NCBI GenBank assembly: GCA_030550735.1
Contig: JAUQOT010000001.1
Coordinates: 1-60,208, forward strand
Length of the DNA stretch: 60,208 nucleotides
Direction of reading: 5' to 3'
Source of the DNA: Patescibacteria group bacterium
Lineage (GTDB): Bacteria > Patescibacteriota > Minisyncoccia > UBA6257 > HR35
The position numbers and the translations under genes were made by a program. Numbering within the stretch: the stretch's first letter is position 1; each line of letters begins with the position of its first letter. The notes beneath the pieces are model-generated. The model saw only the letters and a program-made list of their open reading frames with translations. It was not told the DNA's origin and searched no databases. Of the stretch, positions 9,220 through 19,385 are shown piece after piece.

Positions 9220-9293
9220 TGGGCGAGAGAGGACTCGAACCTCTAACCTTCGGCACGTCAAGCCGACGCTCTAACCAGTTGAGCTACTCGCCC
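9220..9293 (-). tRNA. tRNA-Val (anticodon GAC)
   Basis: Reverse complement GGGCGAG TA GCTC AACTGGTTA GAGC G TCGGC TTGACGT GCCGA AGGTT AGAGG TTCGAGT CCTCT CTCGCCC A folds as a perfect 74-nt cloverleaf. CCA is not encoded. Confidence 0.93.
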
Positions 9294-9660
9294 TTTTGTT
9301 AAAATGATCTTTAATTTTTTGGACTAATTCATCTAAAGAAATTTTAGCTTTAACTATATATTCGATTGCTCCCAAATCAATACCTTTTTTAATATCTTCT
9401 GGTTGCCCCAATTGGGAAATTATAAAAATTGGTATTGATTTTAGATTAGGGTCTTTATTTATTTCTTCCAACACTACAAAGCCACTTTTTTGAGGAAGAA
9501 TAATATCAAGCAAAACTAAATCAGGAAGTTCATAAATAATTTTTTGAAAAGCTTCATTTCCATTAACAGCTGTTATTACTTCAAATCCTTCTTTTTTTAA
9601 TCTTCTTTCTAAAACAGTTCTTAAAAAGTTATCGTCTTCAACAATAAGAATTTTAGGCAT
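9271..9660 (-). CDS. Stand-alone CheY-like response regulator receiver domain
   Basis: MPKILIVEDDNFLR... (acidic pair), phospho-acceptor context DLVLLDIILP, IFIISQ, conserved Lys (VKAK). 129 aa with no output domain. The last 23 nt including the TAG stop lie inside tRNA-Val. Confidence 0.85.
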   Translation of the reverse strand: MPKILIVEDDNFLRTVLERRLKKEGFEVITAVNGNEAFQKIIYELPDLVLLDIILPQKSGFVVLEEINKDPNLKSIPIFIISQLGQPEDIKKGIDLGAIEYIVKAKISLDELVQKIKDHFNKRASSSTG

Positions 9661-9686
9661 ATTTAGATTTTATAACAAATAAAATT

Positions 9687-9728
9687 AAAAAGAATCTTAA
9701 CTCTTGGGGTTTTAAAAGATCTAAAGGG
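9687..9728 (-). repeat. 3' arm of the 16S rRNA processing stem
   Basis: aaaaagaatcttaactcttggggttttaaaagatctaaaggg is the near-perfect reverse complement of 11297-11337 (one mismatch, one indel). The two arms bracket the 16S gene like an RNase III stem. Confidence 0.8.
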
Positions 9729-9758
9729 TCAGCTAAATTGGAGTTCTAAATTATATTC

Positions 9759-11293
<1,535 letters not shown>

Positions 11294-11296
11294 AAA

Positions 11297-11337
11297 CCCT
11301 TTAGATCTCTTAAACCCCAAGAGTTAAGATTCTTTTT
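11297..11337 (-). repeat. 5' arm of the 16S rRNA processing stem
   Basis: Complementary to 9687-9728; see that entry. Confidence 0.8.
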
Positions 11338-11414
11338 AAATCTAAAATTTATAGAGTTCATATCTTTTCTTTCGAATTATCATTAAACAACTTAATCCAC
11401 TCTTTCTCTAATTA

Positions 11415-11444
11415 ATTTTACCTAATGTTATTTTTATAAGTCAA
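11415..11444 (-). promoter_or_regulatory. Putative sigma70-type promoter of the 16S rRNA gene
   Basis: Minus strand reads TTGACT (rc of 11439-11444) - 18 nt - TAAAAT (rc of 11415-11420), about 120 nt upstream of the 16S 5' end. Same architecture as the candidate tuf promoter. Confidence 0.5.
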
Positions 11445-11477
11445 GGTTTATAAATTATTAATTTTTGTTTGTTTTTC

Positions 11478-11924
11478 CTATTGACTTTTTTGTTGAGATT
11501 GATTTTGAGGAACTTCTTGTTGTTGGTTTGGTTGCTGTTGTTGTTGGGATTGTCCAGGAATTATAGGGGGTTTTCTTTTTATATAATCTATGAGCGGAGA
11601 ATTTTCACGAAGATATGACCAAGCTATTACTTTTTGGGGATTTAGATGAAGAACGTTTTGGGGTAAATAGAACAAATCACTATAATAGACTACATTTAAG
11701 TTTCCATCTTGAGTTCTATTAAGAAAAACTGGATTTTTAAGATTATATTTATTTAAAAAACTAACTTCTCCAAAATAAACAGATCCATCTTCAAGAAAGA
11801 AAACGGCGTATTTATTTTTATAAAAAATTTTATTGATAACAAAAATTAAAAAAATACCTAAAATTACACCCAACAAAATATAAATCAAAGTTACTGTTAA
11901 ATTAGAAGAAAAATTTTTAAGCAT
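11478..11924 (-). CDS. Hypothetical membrane-anchored protein with Gln-rich tail
   Basis: 148 aa with an N-terminal TM (LTVTLIYILLGVILGIFLIFVI), a small globular part and the C-terminal low-complexity tail PGQSQQQQQPNQQQEVPQNQSQQKSQ. Confidence 0.5.
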   Translation of the reverse strand: MLKNFSSNLTVTLIYILLGVILGIFLIFVINKIFYKNKYAVFFLEDGSVYFGEVSFLNKYNLKNPVFLNRTQDGNLNVVYYSDLFYLPQNVLHLNPQKVIAWSYLRENSPLIDYIKRKPPIIPGQSQQQQQPNQQQEVPQNQSQQKSQ

Positions 11925-11927
11925 TTT

Positions 11928-13346
11928 TTATTTATTCTCATTCTCGACCTTTAATCCTAATTCCTTAAGTTGTTCTTCGCTTAATTCGCTTGGAGAATCC
12001 ATCATCAGATCCCTACCTTCACCTGTTTTTGGAAAAGCGATTACTTCTCTAATGTTTGGCTCATTTTCTAAAATCATCATAATTCTATCCACTCCCGGTG
12101 CAATTCCTCCATGAGGCGGAACTCCATATTTAAAAGCATTTATTAAATGACCAAATTTTTTAAAAATTTCTTCTTTATTATTCCCCATAACTTCAAAAAC
12201 TTTTACTAAAATATCGGGATCGGTAGTTCGAATACTTCCTCCTCCAATTTCATAACCATTACAAACAAAATCATATTGTTCGCTTAAAAGAAGTTCTGGG
12301 TTTTTATCTAAAAATTCTAAAAGCTCTTCTTTATCCTTTCTTCCATCAGGTAATTTTGGTTGAGTAAAAGGATGATGAACGGCATCCCATCTTTTTTCTG
12401 TTTCTTTCCACTCAAACATCGGAAAATCAATAACAAAAGCAAAAGCAAGTTCATTAGGATCATCGGGATTTTTCCTTAAATCAGGCTTATCGCTCCCATA
12501 AATTCTTATTGCTTCCTCATAAGTTAAACGGGGGAATGGTTTTTGAGTTATTTTTTTATTAGGGTATAAAGTTTCAACTGCTTCAATGAACATTTCTTCA
12601 ATTAAATTAAGAACATCCTCTCTTTCAACATAACTCATTTCTATATCTATTTGAGTAAATTCTGGCTGACGGTCGCCTCGAGGATCTTCATCTCGAAGAC
12701 ATCTAGCAATCTGAAAATATCTTTCTATTCCCGAAACCATTAAAAGTTGTTTGTATTGCTGAGGTGATTGAGGTAAAGCATAAAATTTTCCCTTATAAAT
12801 TCTACTTGGAACAACATAATCTCTTGCTCCTTCGGGGGTTGATTTAGTTAAAATTGGGGTTTCAACCTCAATAAATCCTCTTGCAGTTAAATAATTTCTT
12901 ATGAATAATAAAAATTTATGTCGGTTAATTAAGTTTTTTTGCAATCTTTTTCTTCTTAAATCTAAATAACGATATTTTAGTCTTATAGCTTCATCAATTT
13001 CATAACCATCGGTTGAGATATCAAAGGGAAGCGATTCAGCTTTTGAAAGAACAAAAAGCTCTTTAACTTTAACTTCAATTCTACCTGTAGGAAGGTTAGG
13101 ATTGATCAAATGGGGTGATCTCTCTTGAACTTCGCCAATAACTTTAATAACATTTTCTGGTTTAATTTGCTTAATCTGATGAAAATTTTTAAAACTTTGA
13201 TCAACAACAATCTGAACAATACCGCTTCTGTCTCTTAAATCTAAAAAAACTATTTTTCCGTGATCTCGAATGTTTTCGACAAATCCGTAAAGTTCAACTG
13301 TTTTACCAATTAAATTTTTACACTCTAAATTCCAAATTTTTTTCAT
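11928..13346 (-). CDS. aspS: Aspartyl-tRNA synthetase, bacterial-type core lacking the GAD insertion domain
   Basis: FYALPQSPQQYKQLLM, CLRDEDPRGDRQPEFTQIDIE, GGIAPGVDR. Only 472 aa, and only 13 residues separate YGSDKPDLR from VIDFPMFEW. Confidence 0.9.
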   Translation of the reverse strand: MKKIWNLECKNLIGKTVELYGFVENIRDHGKIVFLDLRDRSGIVQIVVDQSFKNFHQIKQIKPENVIKVIGEVQERSPHLINPNLPTGRIEVKVKELFVLSKAESLPFDISTDGYEIDEAIRLKYRYLDLRRKRLQKNLINRHKFLLFIRNYLTARGFIEVETPILTKSTPEGARDYVVPSRIYKGKFYALPQSPQQYKQLLMVSGIERYFQIARCLRDEDPRGDRQPEFTQIDIEMSYVEREDVLNLIEEMFIEAVETLYPNKKITQKPFPRLTYEEAIRIYGSDKPDLRKNPDDPNELAFAFVIDFPMFEWKETEKRWDAVHHPFTQPKLPDGRKDKEELLEFLDKNPELLLSEQYDFVCNGYEIGGGSIRTTDPDILVKVFEVMGNNKEEIFKKFGHLINAFKYGVPPHGGIAPGVDRIMMILENEPNIREVIAFPKTGEGRDLMMDSPSELSEEQLKELGLKVENENK

Positions 13347-13374
13347 TATTATTTTATTTTAAACCAAAAATTAT

Positions 13375-14553
13375 TTAAAAAGGAAAAATATTGGAGAAGA
13401 AATTTTTAAAATAATCAAAGATTTCACCAAATAAGCTTTTTGGGTTTTCACTTTTTAAATAAAGATTAACATTGCCCAGAGCATTTAAAAACTTAAGATC
13501 TTCTTTGTTTTTCAATCTTCCTTTGAGATCGACTCCTTTTCTAAAACTAATTTTTAATAATTTCTTAAAAATATTTTCTATTTCAGGAAGATAAATCACA
13601 CCACCAATAAGAAAACAACCACCAAGAAAAGGATGAGAATTTTTTTCTTTGTCAATAAATTCTAAAAATTTGTTTTTCTTAAAAAAGAAGTTTATTCTTT
13701 TTTCTAAAGTTTTTATCAAAGAATTCAAAGAGATTATTTGTTTTTTAATTTTAAAAGTTTGCCTTTTAGATCCTGAATCTTGCATTTCATCAATAATTTT
13801 TTCAAATTCGTTATAATTTATAGCAAGATCATTAAGGATTGGACTTAGAATATCTTCTAAACCAAAATTAAAAACCAAAAAATCACTTATTGAATTTTCA
13901 TAAAAAGAAACACAACTTGTTGTTTTATATCCTAAATCAATAAGAAGCGAACCTTCTTCTTTTGTTTTTTGATCTAAAACTATACTAGCAGCACCTAGTG
14001 GATTAGGATAAAAACCTCTTAAAGGAAAATGCGAATGACGAAAAATTTCTTGAAGTTTTAAAAAATAAGGTTTGAAAATTTGAATAACGTTAAGTTCAAC
14101 CTCCAATTGTCTTGCTTCTAAACCAAGAGGGTTCCTTACGGGTGTTGGATAATTATCTAAAAAAAATTTATTTGCTTCCTCGTAAAATATTTCAAAAGAA
14201 GAGGAAATCAAAGAAGCGCGAGCTAACGACTTACATTTTTTTATGTCTTCATCGCTTACAAATTTATCATCAACAATAGTCTTTGTTTTAATTTTTTGAA
14301 AATTAAAAGTTGATGAAGAAAAAGACAAAAGGATTTTTAAATTTTTTGATCTAAATTGATTTAAAAATTCTTCGGTAAAACCAATAACTTCAGAAATAAA
14401 AAGATCTTCTTCAATTATTTCTCCATTCTTAAACGATGAGATTTCTTTTTCTAGAGTAGTAAGAAGATTAATTTCTCCATTTTGGTCAATTTCTGATAAA
14501 CAAATTTTTAAATTTTTACTTCCAAGATCGAGACTTACAAATTTTTCGCTCAT
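13375..14553 (-). CDS. ftsA: FtsA-like actin-fold cell division protein (divergent)
   Basis: VSLDLGSKNLKI (phosphate-1), FLDNYPTPVRNPLGLEARQLEVELNVI (FtsA 1C/2A pattern), LLIDLGYKTTS in place of DxGGGTTD, and LIGGVIYLP. The C-terminal amphipathic FGEIFDYFKNFFSNIFPF resembles the FtsA membrane-targeting helix. Confidence 0.55.
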   Translation of the reverse strand: MSEKFVSLDLGSKNLKICLSEIDQNGEINLLTTLEKEISSFKNGEIIEEDLFISEVIGFTEEFLNQFRSKNLKILLSFSSSTFNFQKIKTKTIVDDKFVSDEDIKKCKSLARASLISSSFEIFYEEANKFFLDNYPTPVRNPLGLEARQLEVELNVIQIFKPYFLKLQEIFRHSHFPLRGFYPNPLGAASIVLDQKTKEEGSLLIDLGYKTTSCVSFYENSISDFLVFNFGLEDILSPILNDLAINYNEFEKIIDEMQDSGSKRQTFKIKKQIISLNSLIKTLEKRINFFFKKNKFLEFIDKEKNSHPFLGGCFLIGGVIYLPEIENIFKKLLKISFRKGVDLKGRLKNKEDLKFLNALGNVNLYLKSENPKSLFGEIFDYFKNFFSNIFPF

Positions 14554-14834
14554 TCTTCCCGTCCACCTTCATATTTAATATAATTGACATATCTTTTAGC
14601 AAGATCATAAGCTTTAGAAAATGGCCAACCTTCTTTTATTTTCTTTTTAATAAAAGACTGAAGTTTAAGACGATAAAGTCTTCTTTCTTGTTTCAATCTT
14701 TCGTTTTCATTTTTTAAGCGGTACATTTTTGATTTAACTTCTAAAGCTATTCCACTTTTAGCGTATCTATTTAAAAACCTTTTAAGAAGTTGAGGCAAAG
14801 ATTCTCCTGGCTTTCTTTTAACTTTGACTCTCAT
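14550..14834 (-). CDS. rpsU: Ribosomal protein S21 with C-terminal extension
   Basis: VKVKRKPGESLPQLLKRFLNRYAKSGIALEVKSKMYRLKNENERLKQ aligns with the E. coli S21 pattern ([44 protein letters not shown]). 94 aa against about 70. Confidence 0.65.
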   Translation of the reverse strand: MRVKVKRKPGESLPQLLKRFLNRYAKSGIALEVKSKMYRLKNENERLKQERRLYRLKLQSFIKKKIKEGWPFSKAYDLAKRYVNYIKYEGGREE

Positions 14835-15246
14835 TTTTAACTTTTATTATTCTTTTATAAATTGTCGACAGATCCTCTTTAGGTGGATTATAAACGATTG
14901 AATGCATTGATCCTCCTTTATCGTTAGGAAATCGTGGAATAATATGAAAATGAGCATGTTTTACTGCTTGACCAGCAAAAGGTCCATCATTAATTCCTAA
15001 ATTAAAATCCTTAGTATTTAAAGCTTTACTAATTAATAAAACACTTCGTCGAGCAATTTTCAAGAATTCTTCACCCAAATTTTCAGGAACTTCTTCAAAT
15101 TTTTCATAATGAGTCTTTGGAATTAAGAGTGAATGACCAGGTGAATGAGGATGAATATCAAGAAAAACCAAGAAATTATCTGATTCTTCAATAATATAAC
15201 TTTCAACTTCTTTATGAGCAATTTTACAAAAAATACAATCTTCCAT
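14818..15246 (-). CDS. HIT-family nucleotide hydrolase/transferase
   Basis: CIFCKI, HSPGHSLLIPK, and the histidine triad HAHFHIIPR. Confidence 0.88.
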   Translation of the reverse strand: MEDCIFCKIAHKEVESYIIEESDNFLVFLDIHPHSPGHSLLIPKTHYEKFEEVPENLGEEFLKIARRSVLLISKALNTKDFNLGINDGPFAGQAVKHAHFHIIPRFPNDKGGSMHSIVYNPPKEDLSTIYKRIIKVKNESQS

Positions 15247-15248
15247 TT

Positions 15249-16514
15249 TTATGATATTAATCTCTTTTTAAGTTCATCGATAAGTCGATTAATAGGAATT
15301 ATTTCTTGTGTCCCGTTAACCATATCTTTTAAAATAACCGAATTTTTACTAAGTTCTTCAAAAGCAACAATTATTACATATTTTACTCCAATTTTATTAG
15401 CATATTCAAGTTGAGCTGAAAGTTGTTGTTTAAAAAAGTTAAAAATAACATCAAAATTATCTCTTATATTTTCTAAAATTTCAAAGGCCTTATGTTTTAA
15501 TTCTTCGCCAACATAAGCTACGAAAATTTCCGGTTTTGAAGCATATAAAATTTTTTTACCTTTTTCTTCTAAAACCAACTTTAGTCTTTCGACGCCTAAA
15601 GCTGAACCAACTGAAGGTAAATTTTGATTCACCCAAATTTTTCCTAAATCATATCTTCCTCCTCCACCAATTGCAAAGTTTTCTCCTTCAATTACAATTT
15701 CAAAAACTGTTCTTTCATAATAATCAAAACCCCTAACTAAAGTTTTATCAAGCTGATAAACAACCTCGCTTTTATCAAGTAATTGTAGTAAATTTTGAAA
15801 ATGGATCTCGCAATTTTTACATAAATAATCAATCAAAAGAGGAGCGTTTTTTTTATAAGGTTGGCAAATAGCATTTTTACAGTCTAAAAGGCGAAGAGGG
15901 TTTTCTTTTAGTCTTCTTTGACAATCATAACAGATTTTATTTTTATAACGTCGATAATAAGAAATAAGTTTCTTTTTGTATTTTGGTCTACATTTTTCAC
16001 AACCTAAGCTATTTAAGAGAATTTTCACTCCTTCTAGCTTAAGTTCTTTTACTAAAAGTTTATAATTCAAATAGATAATGTAAAAATCAGCAAACGAATT
16101 TTCTGAATTAATAATTTCTAAACCCCATTGAGTAAATTCTCGAAGTCTTCCCTTTTGAGGATTTTCTTTTCGAAACATCTTTCCTAAATAAAAATAAAAA
16201 AGTGGTTGAGGCTCTGAACTTAATCCATTCTCAAAATAAGCTCTAATAACACCAGCGGTGTTTTCTGGTCTCAAAACATATTTTTCGGTTTTAGAAGAAT
16301 CTTTAAGATAAAACATCTCCTTTTCAACAACATCACTCATTTGACCTAAACTTTTAGTAAAAACTTTCTCATCTTCAATAATCGGAGTTTCAATATATTG
16401 AAAATTATGCTTTACAGAAAAACGGAAAAAAAGATCATATAAAGCTAAAAGAACATTACTATCTTCACCATAATAATCATGCATTCCTTTAGGTCTTTTA
16501 AAATCTAGTTTCAT
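15249..16514 (-). CDS. hisS: Histidyl-tRNA synthetase
   Basis: MFRKENPQKGRLREFTQWG (motif 2), NPLRLLDCK, GGGGRYD, and a C-terminal anticodon-binding domain. Confidence 0.92.
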   Translation of the reverse strand: MKLDFKRPKGMHDYYGEDSNVLLALYDLFFRFSVKHNFQYIETPIIEDEKVFTKSLGQMSDVVEKEMFYLKDSSKTEKYVLRPENTAGVIRAYFENGLSSEPQPLFYFYLGKMFRKENPQKGRLREFTQWGLEIINSENSFADFYIIYLNYKLLVKELKLEGVKILLNSLGCEKCRPKYKKKLISYYRRYKNKICYDCQRRLKENPLRLLDCKNAICQPYKKNAPLLIDYLCKNCEIHFQNLLQLLDKSEVVYQLDKTLVRGFDYYERTVFEIVIEGENFAIGGGGRYDLGKIWVNQNLPSVGSALGVERLKLVLEEKGKKILYASKPEIFVAYVGEELKHKAFEILENIRDNFDVIFNFFKQQLSAQLEYANKIGVKYVIIVAFEELSKNSVILKDMVNGTQEIIPINRLIDELKKRLIS

Positions 16515-16515
16515 T

Positions 16516-17052
16516 TTAGAAAATAAATTGTTTTAATTTAGAAAAAAATTTATAAAAGGAAAAATGGAAAATAGCCTTTCCGATAATTCTTTCTCTCTTA
16601 ACAGGTCCCCATGATCTTGAATCAGAACTTACTTCACGATTATCTCCTAAGACGAAATATTCATCTTGGCCTAAAATAATTTCTTTATTTCCGTTTGTAT
16701 AATGATTTTTCAAATAATCCTCTTTTAACTCAAAGCCTTCAGGATGCTCACTGTTATAAATAAAAATTTTTGAATCTTTAATTACAACTTTCTCTCCAGG
16801 AAGACCAATTATCCTTTTTATATAATAAATTTTGTTATCAAATGGAGGATGGAAAACAATAACATCACCTCTTTGAGGACTAATAAATCGGTAAGTTAAT
16901 TTATCAACAAGTAAATAATCAAAAGAGTAATAATTTGGTTCCATGCTACTTCCTTTAACAAAAAACGGTTCGAAAACAAAAAGCCTAATTGGAAGTAAAA
17001 AAATCAAAATAATAAAAATCTCAAAAATATCTAAAAAAATTCGTGAACGCAT
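16516..17052 (-). CDS. lepB: Signal peptidase I
   Basis: N-terminal TM, GSSMEPN (catalytic Ser), KRIIGLPGE (Lys box) and GDNREVSSDSR. Confidence 0.9.
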   Translation of the reverse strand: MRSRIFLDIFEIFIILIFLLPIRLFVFEPFFVKGSSMEPNYYSFDYLLVDKLTYRFISPQRGDVIVFHPPFDNKIYYIKRIIGLPGEKVVIKDSKIFIYNSEHPEGFELKEDYLKNHYTNGNKEIILGQDEYFVLGDNREVSSDSRSWGPVKRERIIGKAIFHFSFYKFFSKLKQFIF

Positions 17053-17098
17053 TAATTATTATTAAAATTATATCACAACATGAGATACAATTAAATAT

Positions 17099-18145
17099 AT
17101 GGTTTATATTTTAGGAATAGAAACAACGTGCGATGAAAGTGGAATAAGTTTAATTGAAGGGAAAGAAAAAAAAGTAAGAATTTTAGCTAATGAATTAAGA
17201 AGCCAAATAAAGACTCATTCTCCTTTTGGCGGTGTTGTTCCTATTTTAGCTGCTAGAGAGCATAAAAAAAATTTACCTATTCTTCTTAAAAAAATAGAAA
17301 AATTTTTTGATTTAAGAAAAATTGATTTTTTAGCTTTTTCTGTTGGTCCTGGACTTTTACCAGCACTTGTTCAAGGAAAAGAATTTGTTTTGAATTTAGC
17401 AAAAAAATTAAACAAAAAAATATATCCTATAAATCATCTTCAAGCACATTTTTACTCAATAGTAATAAAAAACAAATTAAATAAGTGGCAAAAGATAAGA
17501 AATATTGAATTCCCTTCACTTGTTTTAGTTGTTTCTGGTGGTCATACAAATATGTACTTTTTTGAGAATTGGTTAAAATTTAAAAAATTAGGAGAAACAA
17601 TTGATGACGCTGCTGGTGAAAGTCTTGATAAAGGAGCAAGAATATTAGGTTTAGGTTATCCCGGAGGACCAATAATTGAAAAAAAAGCAAAATTAGCTAA
17701 AAAGTCATATTCTCTACCTAAACCGCTTTTAGAAAAGGGGTTAAATTTTAGTTTTTCTGGTCTAAAAACAGCTTTTCTCGAACTTGTAAATGACATTAAA
17801 AAAGCAAAGGGGGATCTTGATGAAGAAGAAATTAGTGCTCTTTCATTATCACTTCAAAAAACTATTTTTGAAATTATTCTTTTCAAAATAAGAAAAGCTA
17901 TTAAGATCTATCAACCTAAAAGTATTGTTATAACTGGCGGGGTAAGTGCTAACCTATCCTTAAGGAGAATGGCGAGAAAATTTTTAAAAAATGTAAAAAT
18001 TTATTTTCCGCAAAAAGAACTTTCAACCGATAACGGCTTAAATATTGCTATAAGTGGATATATTCTTTATCTAAACAAAGTTGAACCAAAAGATTTCAAT
18101 CAAATAGACGTTTTCCCTCGAGAAAGATCTAGTCATTTACTCTAA
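17099..18145 (+). CDS. tsaD: tRNA N6-threonylcarbamoyladenosine synthase TsaD (Kae1/Gcp family)
   Basis: ILGIETTCDESG, INHLQAH, VVSGGHT and TGGVSAN. Confidence 0.88.
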   Translation: MVYILGIETTCDESGISLIEGKEKKVRILANELRSQIKTHSPFGGVVPILAAREHKKNLPILLKKIEKFFDLRKIDFLAFSVGPGLLPALVQGKEFVLNLAKKLNKKIYPINHLQAHFYSIVIKNKLNKWQKIRNIEFPSLVLVVSGGHTNMYFFENWLKFKKLGETIDDAAGESLDKGARILGLGYPGGPIIEKKAKLAKKSYSLPKPLLEKGLNFSFSGLKTAFLELVNDIKKAKGDLDEEEISALSLSLQKTIFEIILFKIRKAIKIYQPKSIVITGGVSANLSLRRMARKFLKNVKIYFPQKELSTDNGLNIAISGYILYLNKVEPKDFNQIDVFPRERSSHLL

Positions 18146-19385
18146 TAATTTCTGCGCCAATATTTTTTAATCTTTCTTCAATTTTTTCATAACCACGATC
18201 AATTTTTTCTGCTTCATGAATAATTGTTTCTCCTTGGGCAATTAAACCGGCAATTAAAATAGCTATTCCTGATCTAATATCTAAAGATCTAACTTCTTTT
18301 CCCTGAAGAAGGGTCGGACCAATAATAATTGCTCGGTGAGGATCTAAAAGTTCTGTATTAGCTCCCATATAATTAAGTTCATTTAAATAAGTAAATCTAT
18401 TTTCGTACATCCAATCATGAATAAGGGTTACTCCCTCAGCTTGAGTTGCTAAAGCGCCGAATGGAGCTTGAGCATCGGTTGGAAATTTAGGGTGATAACC
18501 CGTTTGAATTTTTGTCCCCTTTAATCTTGAGGGTTTAATTATTAGCGATCTTTTTTTTATTTCTAAATTAATATTCATTTCTTTGGCTGTTAAAATTACA
18601 GAATCAAGATCTTGAAAGGGCACATTTAAAATTTCTAAATGACTTTTTGTTGCGGCGCCAAGAGCAATAAAAGTTGCTGCTTCAATATAATCATAGGGAA
18701 TATCAAAATTAATTTCTTTTTTTATCTTTTCGGTTTTTTTAATTTTTACAAAATGGGTTCCCAAACCCTTAATCGAATATCCAAGTTTTTGAAGAAACTT
18801 AATTAAAGCTTGAACATGTGGTTCAAGAGCTAAAAGCCTAATCTCTATTGGTCTTTCAATTAAAGCTGAGGCCATTAAAACCAATTCTGAGGCAGTAACG
18901 CTTACTTCTTTTAAAACAATAACTTGGTTTTTTAATTTTTTAAATTGACCTTCAATAATTCCATTTTTAACTTCAATTTCGGCACCTAAATCTCTTAAGG
19001 CTTGAAGATGGGTTGAGATTGGGCGGGCACCAATGACATCACCTCCAGGAAGAGACATCTTAATTTTTCCAAACCGAAAAAGATATGGACCTAAAAATAA
19101 AATCGAAGCTCTAAGTTTGCTGATTAAAGGGTTAACAAGATCTACATAGTCAATGTTTTTTGTATTAATTATTACTGTTGAATCATCCCTTTCAATTTCG
19201 GCTCCCATCAGTTTTAAAATTTCAATCATTGCTTCAACATCGCTTATCTGGGGAACATTTCGAAGAATTGTCCTTCCTGAAAAAATAAGAGAAGCACAAA
19301 GCAAAGGAAGAACAGCATTTTTTGATCCTTTGATTTTTATTTTTCCTTCTAATTTTTTTCCTCCTTTGATAACAAATTTAGCCAT
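18129..19385 (-). CDS. murA: UDP-N-acetylglucosamine 1-carboxyvinyltransferase (Asp in place of the catalytic-loop Cys)
   Basis: GSKNAVLPLL and the active-site loop SLPGGDVIGARPI; 418 aa. Confidence 0.92.
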   Translation of the reverse strand: MAKFVIKGGKKLEGKIKIKGSKNAVLPLLCASLIFSGRTILRNVPQISDVEAMIEILKLMGAEIERDDSTVIINTKNIDYVDLVNPLISKLRASILFLGPYLFRFGKIKMSLPGGDVIGARPISTHLQALRDLGAEIEVKNGIIEGQFKKLKNQVIVLKEVSVTASELVLMASALIERPIEIRLLALEPHVQALIKFLQKLGYSIKGLGTHFVKIKKTEKIKKEINFDIPYDYIEAATFIALGAATKSHLEILNVPFQDLDSVILTAKEMNINLEIKKRSLIIKPSRLKGTKIQTGYHPKFPTDAQAPFGALATQAEGVTLIHDWMYENRFTYLNELNYMGANTELLDPHRAIIIGPTLLQGKEVRSLDIRSGIAILIAGLIAQGETIIHEAEKIDRGYEKIEERLKNIGAEIIRVND

